A DNA stretch of 64,000 nucleotides from Octopus vulgaris. Taxonomy: Eukaryota. Shown one piece after another: positions 28,412-45,214 of this stretch. Numbering within the stretch: position 1 is the stretch's first letter; every line of letters begins with the position of its first letter. The notes below the pieces were generated by a model that was not told the origin of the DNA, did no database searches, and worked only from the letters and a program-made list of their open reading frames with translations. The position numbers and the translations under genes were made by a program. Location of the stretch: the NCBI GenBank assembly GCA_951406725.2, contig OX597840.1:16616001-16680000 (forward strand), in the 5' to 3' direction.

Positions 28412-28458
28412 CCATCATTGACAAGACCAAGAAAGACCGAAATTACGTGATCTGGTGG
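28412..28458 (+). ncRNA. Type I hammerhead motif, U3-A8 variant (copy 1)
   Basis: ccatca-TTGACAA-gacc(aagaaa)gacc-GAAA-ttacgtga-TC-tggtgg; stem II has mismatches. Confidence 0.62.
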
Positions 28459-28745
28459 TCTTGGTGCGAGAGGCAGCGGAGATTTATCTCCCCACTAACG
28501 ATATAAACAGGAGTGCATTTTGCATCAAAAGCCAATATGAGGGTTTCTCTCGTGGTATCTATCACAGTATAGTTTGTACTAACAGAACATCTACGTTTAA
28601 GCGGGGAGTATAAATATTACGTCTCGGTATTAAATCTGCCTCTGTTGCTAATATATATATTTTAACAAGCTCACTGGTTAATCACAACACCAGCACCTGT
28701 CATTAGCGAGGAGATGAGACACTGCTATCTCTAACGGTCGAGTGT

Positions 28746-28792
28746 CCATCATTGACAAGACCAAACGAGGTCGAAATCACGGGATCTGGTGG
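28746..28792 (+). ncRNA. Type I hammerhead motif, U3-A8 variant (copy 2)
   Basis: ccatca-TTGACAA-gacc(aaacga)ggtc-GAAA-tcacggga-TC-tggtgg. Confidence 0.72.
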
Positions 28793-28972
28793 TCTCGGCG
28801 CTGGAGAGACAGGGCTTCGTCGGTGACATCGATCCCAGTATTTTGTCAGTATTATATTTTATTGGCGCCCCCGGAGGAATGAACCGCGAAGCTGACCTTG
28901 ATAAAATTTGAACTAAGATTTTAAAGGCTGCAACGGATTTTGTCAGTCGATTAAGCTAACCCATCACTTCTG

Positions 28973-28974
<2 letters not shown>

Positions 28975-29006
<32 letters not shown>

Positions 29007-29278
29007 GATGATGATGACGACGACGACGACGATGATGGTGACGATGAGGAGAATGATGACGATAATGATGAGAATGATGATGATGACGATGATGATGATG
29101 ATAATGATGATAATGAAGATGATGACGATGATGATGACGATGATGATGATGATGATGATGATGATGACGATGATGATGATGATGATGATAATGATGATGA
29201 TGACGATGATGACGATGATGATGATGATGATGATAATGATGATGATGATGATGATGATGATGACGATGATGATGATTT
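28975..29278. repeat. (GAT)n degenerate microsatellite
   Basis: Direct reading. Confidence 0.95.
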
Positions 29279-29440
29279 CCTCATAATAATAAAGATATCT
29301 GAGGCACAACAATTCTGCTCAAGGGTAGGGTCTATCGTATAAACCTCGGAGAATAGAGGCACTAAACGTACATACGTATATACATACATATACACATATA
29401 AGCATGCATGGATACGCATTATATATGTATGTATACATAT

Positions 29441-29473
<33 letters not shown>

Positions 29474-29627
29474 TATGTGTGTGTATATGTATGTATGTAT
29501 GTATTACGAGATTTTTTTAGTTTCCGTCTACCACTCCAAAGTACCGCGCAGTGGTACTTGATCCCGGAACCATGTGGTTGGGAAGCAGACTTCTTACCGC
29601 ACAGTTACGCATAAACATACATACATA

Positions 29628-29687
<60 letters not shown>

Positions 29688-29758
29688 TTATACATATACA
29701 CACACACATATAATAAATTAAAAGTGTGGTTTATTAGCAATTAGTACGTAATGGTAAA

Positions 29759-30213
29759 ATTAACAGAGGTCGCCAAAGCGACGGAGGGTGGTGTCCAGCA
29801 CCGTTTATGCTAAAATAAGAGCGAAATTAACTCCAAAGCCACCAACACACTATACTTAATGACTGACAAAGGGAAGTAAGTCCCTAGCGTATATTGCCGT
29901 ATCGCGATTTCGAATTTTAATTTGATGTTTACACTTTCAACGTTTTGAAAATCAGCAAATGATTTCAACATATTTCCTTATAAGATTGAGAAAGATAGTT
30001 GAGTTTAACCCTAGGCGTTAAGAGCCACTGATGAGAATTAAGGCTGTCTACACCAAAATTCGAAATCGCGATACGGCTATATACGCTAGGGACTTACCCC
30101 CCTTTGTCAGTCAATAAGCATAGTGCTTTAGTGGCTTTGGAGTTAATTTCACTCGTATTTTAGCATAAATGGTGCCAGATAACACCCTCCGTCACTTTAG
30201 TGACGTCTATTAA
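29759..30213. repeat. Diverged fold-back repeat (~160 bp arms)
   Basis: 29759-29918 is an imperfect reverse complement of 30055-30213. Confidence 0.9.
30023..30078 (+). ncRNA. Type I hammerhead ribozyme motif
   Basis: agcca-CTGATGA-gaatt..aattc-GAAA-tcgcga-TA-cggct; palindromic stem III, one stem I mismatch. Confidence 0.72.
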
Positions 30214-30245
<32 letters not shown>

Positions 30246-30579
30246 GAGGGATATTATCATCCGGGCGGATACCTTTGTAACTCTCAGTTATGTTCCAGGT
30301 AACGGCTAACCGCATCGATTAGCATTTAAACGTCTAAATTCCTCCAGTAAATTCCAGTAAATTCCTCCGATGGGTAATTCCGTGTTCGCTTCACTGGACG
30401 GTATTATTGCCTGGAGTATATTTTAGCACTAATTATGACGATATAGAATTTGGAGACTTGTTCATCCTCAAAATTTATTTCCTCTTATTTTATATATTTA
30501 AATGTGTTGTATAAAATTGTGCAAAAAGAGGAATTAAATTTTGAGGATGAACAAGTCACCAAGTTCTGTGTCGTTATAA

Positions 30580-31677
30580 TTGGGTCATCATTTAAATAAT
30601 GCAGTTATTTTATACTTCTTTTATTTTTCAAAATTAAGATAAGCAAAGTTATTTTTTAATCTAAAATATACTCTCCTCGTTTTCTACAATGTTCTTCCGT
30701 CTATCTGGTTGACTTGCAAGGTCCCTCTTCCAAAAGCCACTTGTCCGTGACGAAAAATATTCCTCCAGTACTGTTCTGACCTCGTCTGCAGAATTCACAT
30801 TTTTTTCCGTCCAAATGATTTTGAAGATTGCAGAAAAAATGATAATTAGATGGGGCAATGTCCAGCGAATATGGATGGTGGGGTATCGTTTCCCATTCAA
30901 ACTACTCCAGCCTTTGAAATGTCATCCTCGCTGTAAGTGGTCGACCACTATTCTGATAGAAGAACATCTTTCGTGGGTGTAGATCTTCTTTAGCCTGGGT
31001 TGCTGATGTTTCTCTGTCTTCGGTGCTTGATATTTTTTATAGAGAACCCATTTCACGTCATCAGTCACTATTCGGTCCACAAAAGGTTCGTTCGTGTGAC
31101 GTGACAGCAAAGAAGAGCACACATTCACTCTCTGCGCGCGATTAGACTCGGAAACTTTGTGACAAACCCATTAACCCAGTTTGCTGACTTTTCCGATGGC
31201 ACACAGGTGTTGATGAATGGCTGAATGACCAAATTCAAGCTTCTCTGCTAGTTCTTCAAAAGTTACGATGGGATTTTGTTCCACCAGGGTTTGCAGGGCG
31301 TCCTCGTCGAGTTCTACAGATCTTCCAGGACGAAGCACCTCTTCTAGGCTGTAGTTTTCGGCTCGGAATTTCTGGAACCATCGTTGACACTGGCTTAAGC
31401 CTATTGTCCGATCCCCATCTACTGCATTAATATCCCTCACACTTCCTGTTGCTTTGTTGCCTTAAATTCATAAATCAAAATATGCCAAATATGCTCCTTT
31501 GTCACTTTCATTATAGCTTTGAAAAAATAACTATTAAAATCGAATTGCACTCTTCAAAACTTGCACTAAGAATAAGGAGAAGATAAAATTACTACCTGCT
31601 TTTATAGGTAGTTTTCTCATCCTCCGACTTTTAGTTCATGTAATTGAAAATACCGCATTATTTATGGGATGACCCAA
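30580..31677 (-). mobile_element. Decayed mariner with both TIRs
   Basis: ttgggtcatc..aaataatgc / gcattattt..gatgacccaa-TA; QRWFQKFR HTH, RIVTDDVKW, internal deletion. Confidence 0.9.
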
Positions 31678-31688
31678 TATATATACAG

Positions 31689-31746
31689 AGGCACAGGTGT
31701 GGCTCTGTGGTCACAAGTTTGCTTCTCAAGCACATAGTCCTGGTTT

Positions 31747-31803
<57 letters not shown>

Positions 31804-32155
31804 GCACATGTGTGTGTGTGGGACAAGAAGCTTGTTTCCCAACCACATGTTCCTGGTTCAACCCCACTGAGTGGCACCTTGGGCAAGTGTCGTCTACTAT
31901 AGCCTCGAGCCGACCAAAGCTTTATGAATGAATTTCGTAGGCGGAAACTGAAAGAAGCCAGTCGTATAAATATAAACGATGCTGGTTACATATATAATCA
32001 ACGAACTTAGCAGTTTGGCAGAAGAAACCGATAGAATAAGTATTAGGGATACAAAGAATAAGACCAGGGATTGATTTGCTCGACTAAAAGGTGGTGCTCC
32101 AGCATGGCCCCAGTCAAATGATTTGAAACAAATAAAAGATTATAAGAATAAAAGA
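31689..32155 (+). mobile_element. SINE family B (duplicated head plus body)
   Basis: Homology to other B copies. Confidence 0.8.
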
Positions 32156-32564
32156 ACACACATACATATACATACATATATATATGTACATATATACATG
32201 TATATATATGTATATTTATGTATATGTATGTATGTGTGTGTATGTGTGCGTGTGCGCGCGCGCGTGTGTGTATGCATAACTACTGCACAGGTTTGTGTAT
32301 GTTATATCTTGATACTGTGTGGATGTTAAATAAAGTCTTAAACTCCTAGAGTATGCTAATTAGTTGCTCCAGTTCTGTGAGGCAACTGGATTAATCGTGT
32401 ATATAAACAGATTGAATGTTTGTTTCTCAGAAATTGTTCAAGTGATGTAGAGAGCGCTGATGAGAACTAAATAAGTTCTGAAAATCGATGAAGCCTGTTC
32501 ATCATTTCTAAAAATCGACGGAGAACTGGTTAAATTCGCAATGTTTGTATGACTAATATATACG

Positions 32565-32644
<80 letters not shown>

Positions 32645-33059
32645 CATAATGTACATACACACTTACATGCAAGAACTCATATAAAAATAGAAGGAAACGA
32701 AGGTTGAAGGAAAGGGATAAATGATCAAAACAGGAGGAGGGAGAAGACGAAGAAATCATTCCAAATAGTGTCTGAAGCAACCAGACAGTGTTTGGCAGTT
32801 GACCAGGTTTGGTTGTCTTTCTGTCAGGGTGATAGTAAAATATTTTGAAAAATTATTGCCATCATTTCACCAATCCAATAGTCAGTGTGTGTGTGTGTGT
32901 GTGGCGGCGGCGGGAGATGCTATATTGAGGAAACGTTCGCTCGAAGCTAAGGCTCGTAACCATTATGTACACATTCTGTATTCTCTTTGTACCCACTTCC
33001 TACACCTTGCATGAACGTCCTCACGCACACTAAACACACACACACACATTAATTTATAT

Positions 33060-33530
33060 TAAGTGGGGTTGTGTGCATTTTCACATCTATTTGTTTTTCT
33101 AGGTTATTTCAACTCCGGGCCTGAGTTGGAAGGACAAACCTTCTGAGAAACAAACAGAGGACGCTTTTCCTTGTAATGAATCTGGTACTCACTTTGAGCC
33201 CTTGAAATATCTGGAACAAATATAATCCCATTTCGATCACAGTGCTTTATAAATCCATAAATTTATCGACGATGTTTCAGTACTCAGTTGTGTTGAGGTT
33301 GAGACCTGCTTCCACAAAAGGCGGCAGCATCAGTCATCTGTTGCAAGCAATGAATCCCAGCACCATATCGGTGGGTGGGCGTCTCTGCAACAGGAACTCC
33401 GGCAAGCTCGAATGCAATAACCCTAAAATTGTAACAAGGATTTGGTCGACTGAAAATTCCTATTCGTCAAATAAGGTTCTTACTTCTCACTCCAAAGTCT
33501 TCAGGCATTTGAGGAACACTAAATTTCAGT
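33060..33530 (-). mobile_element. Decayed Tc1/mariner-superfamily transposase fragment (maT/DD37D-like)
   Basis: Minus translation MVLGFIACNR*LMLPPFVEAGLNLNTTEY and a PSNSGPEL relic of WPxxSPDLN. Confidence 0.55.
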
Positions 33531-33533
33531 CTG

Positions 33534-33614
<81 letters not shown>

Positions 33615-33617
33615 GTT

Positions 33618-33654
<37 letters not shown>

Positions 33655-33660
33655 ATGTAT

Positions 33661-33952
33661 GTACTTATGCTTTTTAAGCCAGGTATGTATTTTATCTGTC
33701 TCTTTTGCTGAACTGCTATTTTTACAGGGGCATAAACACACCAACACCGGTTGTCAAGAGGTGGTGGGGATAAATATACACACACACACACACACACACA
33801 TACGACCAGTTTCTTTTCGGTTTCCGTCTACCAAATCCACTCGCCAAGTCTTTGGTCGGCCCGAGGCTATAGCAGAAGACACTTGACCAAGGTGCCACGC
33901 AGTGGGACTGAAACCGAAAGAACCATGTGGTTGGTAACCACGCTTCTTACCA
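33661..33952 (-). mobile_element. SINE family B copy
   Basis: Homology to other B copies. Confidence 0.8.
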
Positions 33953-34570
33953 TACCGTCACTACACACACACACACACACACACTAACGCATTTATATAT
34001 GTATACGCGTATATATGTATTGGAAATATTTGAGTGCGAATGGTCTGTGAGGAAAGATGGTGGATCCTGGGAAAGGAAAGAGGATAGGTGTAATGGCGTT
34101 CAATGATGGCGGTGGGAGCAAACATTGATCTATTTCTGAATTGGTCCACTGACTGACTGACTGAATACGTGGCGGAAATCACAGCAAGAGAACGAGCGGT
34201 CGGACGAGTGAATGAGTGACAGATGGAGTGAGAGAATGAGTGAGGGACGGGAGTGATTGAGTGAGAGCGGGAAAGTGTGAGCTGGAAAGTGTGAGCTGGC
34301 GGCTAAAGTGGCTTTCGTGATAAAAATATGGTGAGAATCATTTTACCAAGTTAACAGGTAATTGGTTGTTCCAGAAATATCGAGACAGATGGATGCAAAA
34401 TATTTATACATACATACATACATATATGTATGTCAACACATACATGCAAACATATGTACACACACATACACAAACATACACACATACACACACACACTCA
34501 CACATATATATTTACAGACATACATGCATATATGTTTGTATATATGTATGTATGTATATATGTATGTATG

Positions 34571-34615
<45 letters not shown>

Positions 34616-35188
34616 GTACACATACAAGCGTACAAATACACACATTCATACTCATAGATGCATATATGTGTACATACACATACATCCACACATATGATGC
34701 ATACACGCAAGCATAGATATATAAACACACACACACACACACACTCACACACACATGTATATATATAACCTGCATACATTCACACACATACAAACACACA
34801 CACGCATACACACACATATATCCAGACATAAGCACACCTTTATATTCATACAAGGCCGCGTCTGTGACTACGAAAATGTGTGCGTACGCATGCGTATAAC
34901 TGCGTATATGTCCTACAGCCACCCATTGCCCCCCAGCTAACTACACTGCAATGGAAATAGCTTACATCGATCTGTGAACGTGGCAATTAAAATTATTATC
35001 TCGAAATGTAAAAATACAAGATGGCTGCCGTTTATGACCGGTTATTTCTCGATGTGTGATTATGCCTGTCTGATTGTGCTTCAGGGTGAATGTGTGTGTG
35101 TGTGTGTGATCGCACGCGTGCATGTACATACACACACACACTCAAATTCTTGTCGATATGTTGTATATTGGACACTACTTCACGTATG

Positions 35189-35226
<38 letters not shown>

Positions 35227-35230
35227 CATA

Positions 35231-35282
<52 letters not shown>

Positions 35283-35287
35283 CATAA

Positions 35288-35324
<37 letters not shown>

Positions 35325-35629
35325 CAGAAACATATATATATATTTCTCTTTTTTTTTATCTGTTTCAGTTAGTGTATTGTGGCCATACTGGAGCACCGCT
35401 TTGAAGAACTTATAGTCAAATGAATCGACCCCAATACTTATTTCTTTTAAAACTGGTACTTTTTCTATTGGTTTCTTTTTGCCGAACCGCTAAGTTACGG
35501 ATTCGTAAACAAACCAAAACTGGTTGTCAAGTGGTAGTGGTGGGGGACGAACACAGACACAAAGACATAAATCTATATATATACACACATTATATATATA
35601 TGTGTGTGTGTGTGGGTGTGTACAGTGAC

Positions 35630-36195
35630 GATTGATTGCATCAGTGTGGGGAGACGATGTAGTAGGGGCTATGCATGAGGTGAACCCGAACTTGGCTGCT
35701 GGCCCTGGTGGATTCCCAGCAGTTCTTCTGAGAGCATGTGAGCGAGTCCTGGCAGGACCGCTGCGGTCCCTCTTCCAGAGCTTCCTTGCGACAGGCGGGC
35801 TTCCAAGCAAGCTGAAGGAAGATAAAATATGTTCTATTCATAGGGGAGACAGTAGGGTAGAGGCTAGAAGCTGCAGACCTATCTCTCTGACCTCGCACAT
35901 CAGCAAAGTCATTGAACGAACAGTCAGAAGAAAACTAATCACCTTCGTTGAGGAAAATGACTTTCTGACTGACACCCAACATGGTTTCCGACCAGTGGGA
36001 AGCTGCCTGACTCAGCTCTTGCACCACTATGACTGGGTGTTGAAACAGCTGCTTAACCTCTCAAATGTGGATGTGATATATCTCGACTTTGCAAAGGCCT
36101 TCGATAAAGTCGATCATAAAATGATGTGTCACAAACTGTGATCTCGGTATAGTCGGGAAATTTGGAGAATGGCTGCATGGCGTTCTGAAGGATTT
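35630..36195 (+). mobile_element. CR1/Jockey-group LINE reverse transcriptase fragment
   Basis: AAGPGG, CRPISLTSHISKVIER, QHGFR..SCLTQL, VDVIYLDFAKAFDKVDH. Confidence 0.9.
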
Positions 36196-36637
36196 TAACA
36201 TGGATCTACGCAGGATTGCACCCAAGGACTTATGCATCGGAGAGTTGAACTATGCACTTTCATGCTTCTTTTTTCTTCTCTATCTTCATCTCCGTATTCC
36301 TTTACAAGCTTCGTCATTTCATTAATATATACCCTTCTCCTTTTCCCTATTTTCCCCTCTTGGTCTCTGACGACAGAATATCCCATACTCATGAATATCC
36401 CAGAAACAATTGTAAGACTTCGAAGTTTTTCAATAATAATAATGTATAACTTGAGATGTTTGCCTTGCCTTAATGTTTATTGTCCTCTTTAACAATTATA
36501 TATCCGCTGCATTGGTAATTTGCAATGGCTCCATAACTACTGTTTCGGGTATAACCTTGGAGCCCTAGTAGTCCGTTACAGTACTTACCTAGCGTACCTA
36601 ACCATTTAGATCACCTGTGAACTAAATCCTCATACTT

Positions 36638-36679
<42 letters not shown>

Positions 36680-36805
36680 AGAGAAAAACCTCTATTAAGC
36701 AATTCAATAGTGAAGGATGTTATTCACACTATATAGAAAAAATTGAATATACTATAAAAACATTATTCTAAAAATCAATAAAGTACATAAACAATAAATA
36801 GTAAA

Positions 36806-36933
36806 TAGACTACGCGCGTTTCATGGCTATATTTTCAAATAGATAATAATAATAATATTAAAATCAATTCGATTTAAAATTAAATCGAACTAAAATTTAT
36901 TCCGTTTAAAAATATAGTCACTCATCAGGTCTA
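36806..36933 (-). ncRNA. Type I hammerhead motif with long stem II insert
   Basis: tagac-CTGATGA-gtgactatatttt..aaaatatagccat-GAAA-cgcgcg-TA-gtcta. Confidence 0.8.
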
Positions 36934-36934
36934 A

Positions 36935-36991
<57 letters not shown>

Positions 36992-37289
36992 CATATAAAT
37001 AATAAAATAAATGTACGTAACTTATAATAATTACCAAATAAATATAGAAAAATGCGTTTTAACAATAAATAATCAGATAAAATTTAACCATATTACTTAA
37101 AACAAAATCATAACTTATCTTACCATTATATATATATATTATATTATATTATATTAAATTAGAGATAAAACCACTATTAGGCAAATCAAACAATGAAAAA
37201 CTTAAGCCAATACATAAAATTAATTAATTTATATTATTTTAAATATATATCAAAATTATTAAAAGTTTAATAAAAGATAATGAGTAAAA

Positions 37290-37358
37290 CGCTACGATCG
37301 TTTCATGGCTGTCCAATTCGTAATAATTCGAGTTATGATTACAGTCAATCTTCAGGTG
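37290..37358 (-). ncRNA. Type I hammerhead motif (stem I weak or truncated)
   Basis: cac-CTGAAGA-ttgactgt..acagccat-GAAA-cgatcg-TA-gcg. Confidence 0.6.
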
Positions 37359-37495
37359 ATTATGCCTGTGTGATGGATGTGTGGTTGTGCTTCAGGGTGA
37401 ATGTGTGTGTGTGTGTGTGATCGCACGCGTGCATGTACATACACACACACACTCAAATTCTTGTCGATATGTTGTATATTGGACACTACTTCACG

Positions 37496-37579
<84 letters not shown>

Positions 37580-37582
<3 letters not shown>

Positions 37583-37873
37583 AGGCACAATGGCCTAGTG
37601 GTTAGGGCAGCGGACTCGCAGGATCGCGGTTTCGATTCCCAGACCGGGCGTTGTGAGTGTTTATTGAGCGAAAACACCTAAAAGCTCCACGAGGCTCCGG
37701 CAAGGGGTGGTGACCCCTGCTGTACTCTTTCACCACTCTTTCTCCCACTCTTTCTTCTGTTGGCCTGCTCGCTTAGCCAGCGGGGTGGCGTCATTCGAAG
37801 GCTAAAAAACAAGGCGAACGCATTGTGACCAGCGATGTGTAACAACATCTGATGGTCTGGTCGGTCACAAGGT

Positions 37874-37880
<7 letters not shown>
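37580..37880 (+). mobile_element. SINE family A copy with a different tail
   Basis: Common head and core, then gttggcctgctcgcttagcc..ggtcacgtga. Confidence 0.85.
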
Positions 37881-37934
<54 letters not shown>

Positions 37935-37935
<1 letters not shown>

Positions 37936-40610
37936 TAGCTGAGTAGCTGGTCGCTGTCGGGCAATTTTCACAATAAAATGTGTGTATTTAAATTTTTTTT
38001 TGTATTCTGTTTTTTCCTGACAGATAAGTCTCTTGATAAGGAGGGATTTCTGCATTATTTGGCGCAGATATTTTGTTTTTTTCAGTTGGTGCATAGATGT
38101 AAAGATTTTTCTTACTTCCTACTCTTGAAAATCCAACGTAATGCTGGCCATGGTTGAAAAAGAGCTCTTCAAGTCGTAAAATGGCAACTAAAAATGTTTA
38201 CTTTTTTGATTACTTGATCGTCATGGCAAAATTCGCTGGGAATTGAAGTCGTTGGAATTGAAACGGGACCCCAGTGGAGACAAGAGAAATTTGGGGGATA
38301 AACAGATAAACACATCCTCTTCCTTACCACATAATGATGACTTTGAATCACGTGTGGATACATATTTTTCACAACCAATCGAGTGCCGATGCATATCGTT
38401 GGTAGTTCTAAATTTCTCGATAAGACCAAGGGTGCTCCTTCTTTAAGTTCAAGAAAATGTAGCGGCATTCCTGATGGTTCTAAGTAGATGAAAAACTCTG
38501 TCGGATAATCGATAACTTCCGACTGTTCCACTACAGTGTCGGTAGATCGATAGAGCTACCAAATCTTTGGAATTTTTTTTAACAGCTTTTGATTTACTAA
38601 TCTCACCGTTACATTTTTTGTGGCCAACATTGATCCACTTGTAACTTGCGAATTGATACTCAACGTTAGGGAACGCTTTACCTATGAGATCGAGTATGGA
38701 TTCTACCATCGTTCCCGAGGGACTTACAGGGGTTGGACAAAATAATGGAAACGCCTAGCATCAAGGCATCATAATTTTGAAATATCCATAAAACCATTAA
38801 AAACTTGTTTATTTTTATGTTTTTATTTATTTATTATTAGTGTTGCTTAATATGTTTTGCTAAAATTGCTATTTCTTTTCAGATATCATCAGAAAAAGGT
38901 AATTAAAAATTCATTAAAAGAGGTCAAATTGTTGGTGATCGTATGGCAGGCGCTAGCGTAATGAAACAGCCGAAATGTTTGGTGTATCAAGAAGTACTGT
39001 CTCGAAAGTAATGACAACCTTTGAGAAAGAGGGAAAAACTTCTCGTTGAAACAAAATTCCGGAAGAAAACCAAACTTTCAGATAGGGACCATGGGACTCT
39101 TACGCAAATTGTTAGAAAGGATCACAAAAGTACAGTTCCAAAATTACTGCAGAGCTTAATGACCGCCTCGAGAACACACTTTCTACAAAAACTTCGCTGG
39201 AAGCTGCACAAAGCCGGATTTCACAGGAAGGCTGCAATCAGAAAACCACTACCTTCAAAAACAAACGTTGCAAAGCGTTTAGAGTGGAGTAAAAACCTAC
39301 CGAATTGGTCCCTAAGGAAGTGGGAGAATGTTATTTTCTCGAACGAGTAATCCTTTACCTTATTTCCGACAACCAACTGAGTATACGTGTGGAGACAGCC
39401 AAAAGAAGCATTTAACCCAGACTACCTTCTTCCAACTGTTAAACATAGAGGAGGGTCTGTGATGATCTGAGGGGGGGGGCTATATCTTGGAAATCCACTA
39501 GCCCAATGGCTTCCCTTCATGGCAGAATTAATAGTCAAGACTATTTAAGCATTTTATCTTATCAAAATTAACCTATGGTTGCAGAACTATTTCCGGAAGG
39601 AAACGCTATCTTTCAGGATGATAATGCACCGATTCACACAGCTAAAGTTGTTACTCAATGTCACGAGGAACATTCTAGTGAAGTTGAACATCTTATCTGG
39701 CCACCACAGTCCCCAGAACTCAATATTATTGAACATCTATGGTGCATTTTAGAACATTGAACATAACTTTTTAATGTTTATATGTCATTGAACGTTTCTC
39801 TTAGAATTTCATGTGGTAGCCAATTCATGTTGTTTTGAAGATTTGCAGGAAATCCAACGGTCTTCATATCATGAACGCTCATGTCGATGATTTTCCTCTC
39901 TATTTCAATCGGTGAATTGAATGTTTGATATTTGAAGTTTTCGGATAGTTGGTTTTTGTGCTTTTCCCACTGACCGACTGGGTTGCAAATCTCACATGTA
40001 CAGCGAATAAAGGCTGGGGACTTGCAGGACTTCGGGAAACATAGGCTAAGAATCGTTCTCGAAAACCCTCTTCTTAAGTAGGTTTCTCTGTACGTTGGAC
40101 AAATAACTGTTCTGAGGGTTGAAAAGATGTTGGAGCATGAACAGTGTGAAGTAGAATACGCAGGTAGAGGCATTCACGTTGGCTAGGGTAAAACCCAGTA
40201 TAAAGTGCTGTCCAACTTTATCCCTTTTGTTTATTTTCCAAGTGTACTACAAGCTTCTGAATCGAGGGAAATCTATTATAAAGGGAAAAGCAATACATCC
40301 TCTAAAATGCTTCATTGGAAGCGATGTATCTGCCCTGCTGGAATAAAAGAACCTCATCATAGGTTTTTTGCTGAAGTACAAACATTACAACATCCGATAC
40401 TGGCATACATATTTAATTGATTCCACAGAGTTTCAGAATTCCACATTTGTGTGAGAATTGAAAGTTTTCAAAAAGTAGAGGGGAGCAAAGCACAACCTGA
40501 TTGTTATCGATTTCATACTGTTTATTCTTTGCTGTAAATTATACATTGTTGGGATTCGTTCATTTGTAATGAAGATAACTGTCTTCAGCTGTGTGGGTGT
40601 CTTTAAACAA
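37935..40610 (-). mobile_element. Decayed Helitron (RepHel) interrupted by a Tc1 element
   Basis: 3' CTAG|T at about 37935; PIF1-helicase YPTEF..EPSGMP.H.LELKEGAP..RNL...CIGTRL; LRTV.CPTYRE; Rep-side FNSHTNVEF*NSVESIKYVC near 40400-40465. Confidence 0.85.
38727..39753 (+). mobile_element. Decayed Tc1-family (DD34E) transposon
   Basis: TA-caggggttggacaaaataatggaaac TIR; VIFSNE, FQDDNAPIH, WPPQSPELNIIEHLW; right end missing. Confidence 0.9.
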
Positions 40611-40717
40611 TAGCCTAGAATACGTATTGGAGCACTTTTTTTTCATTTCTTTCTCCATGCATGGAGAATTCGTGTTGAAGCCTTGAGCACATGGTCGCTG
40701 CATTACTGCTGCTGCTG

Positions 40718-40925
<208 letters not shown>

Positions 40926-40935
40926 TAATAATAAT

Positions 40936-41012
<77 letters not shown>

Positions 41013-41031
41013 GAAGAAGAAGAAGAAGAAG

Positions 41032-45103
<4,072 letters not shown>

Positions 45104-45113
45104 CGACGATGAT

Positions 45114-45214
<101 letters not shown>

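Larger units (their letters stand above)
28065..28810 (+). repeat. Tandem ~334-344 bp hammerhead-bearing unit with an upstream inverted partial copy
   Basis: 28183-28480 and 28527-28810 are direct repeats; 28065-28177 is the reverse complement of about 28505-28620. Confidence 0.88.

Noticed and set aside
33245-33300. Plus-strand KFIDDVSVL resembling an RT YxDD motif
   Set aside because: No flanking RT motifs; the minus strand explains the region better as a transposase relic.
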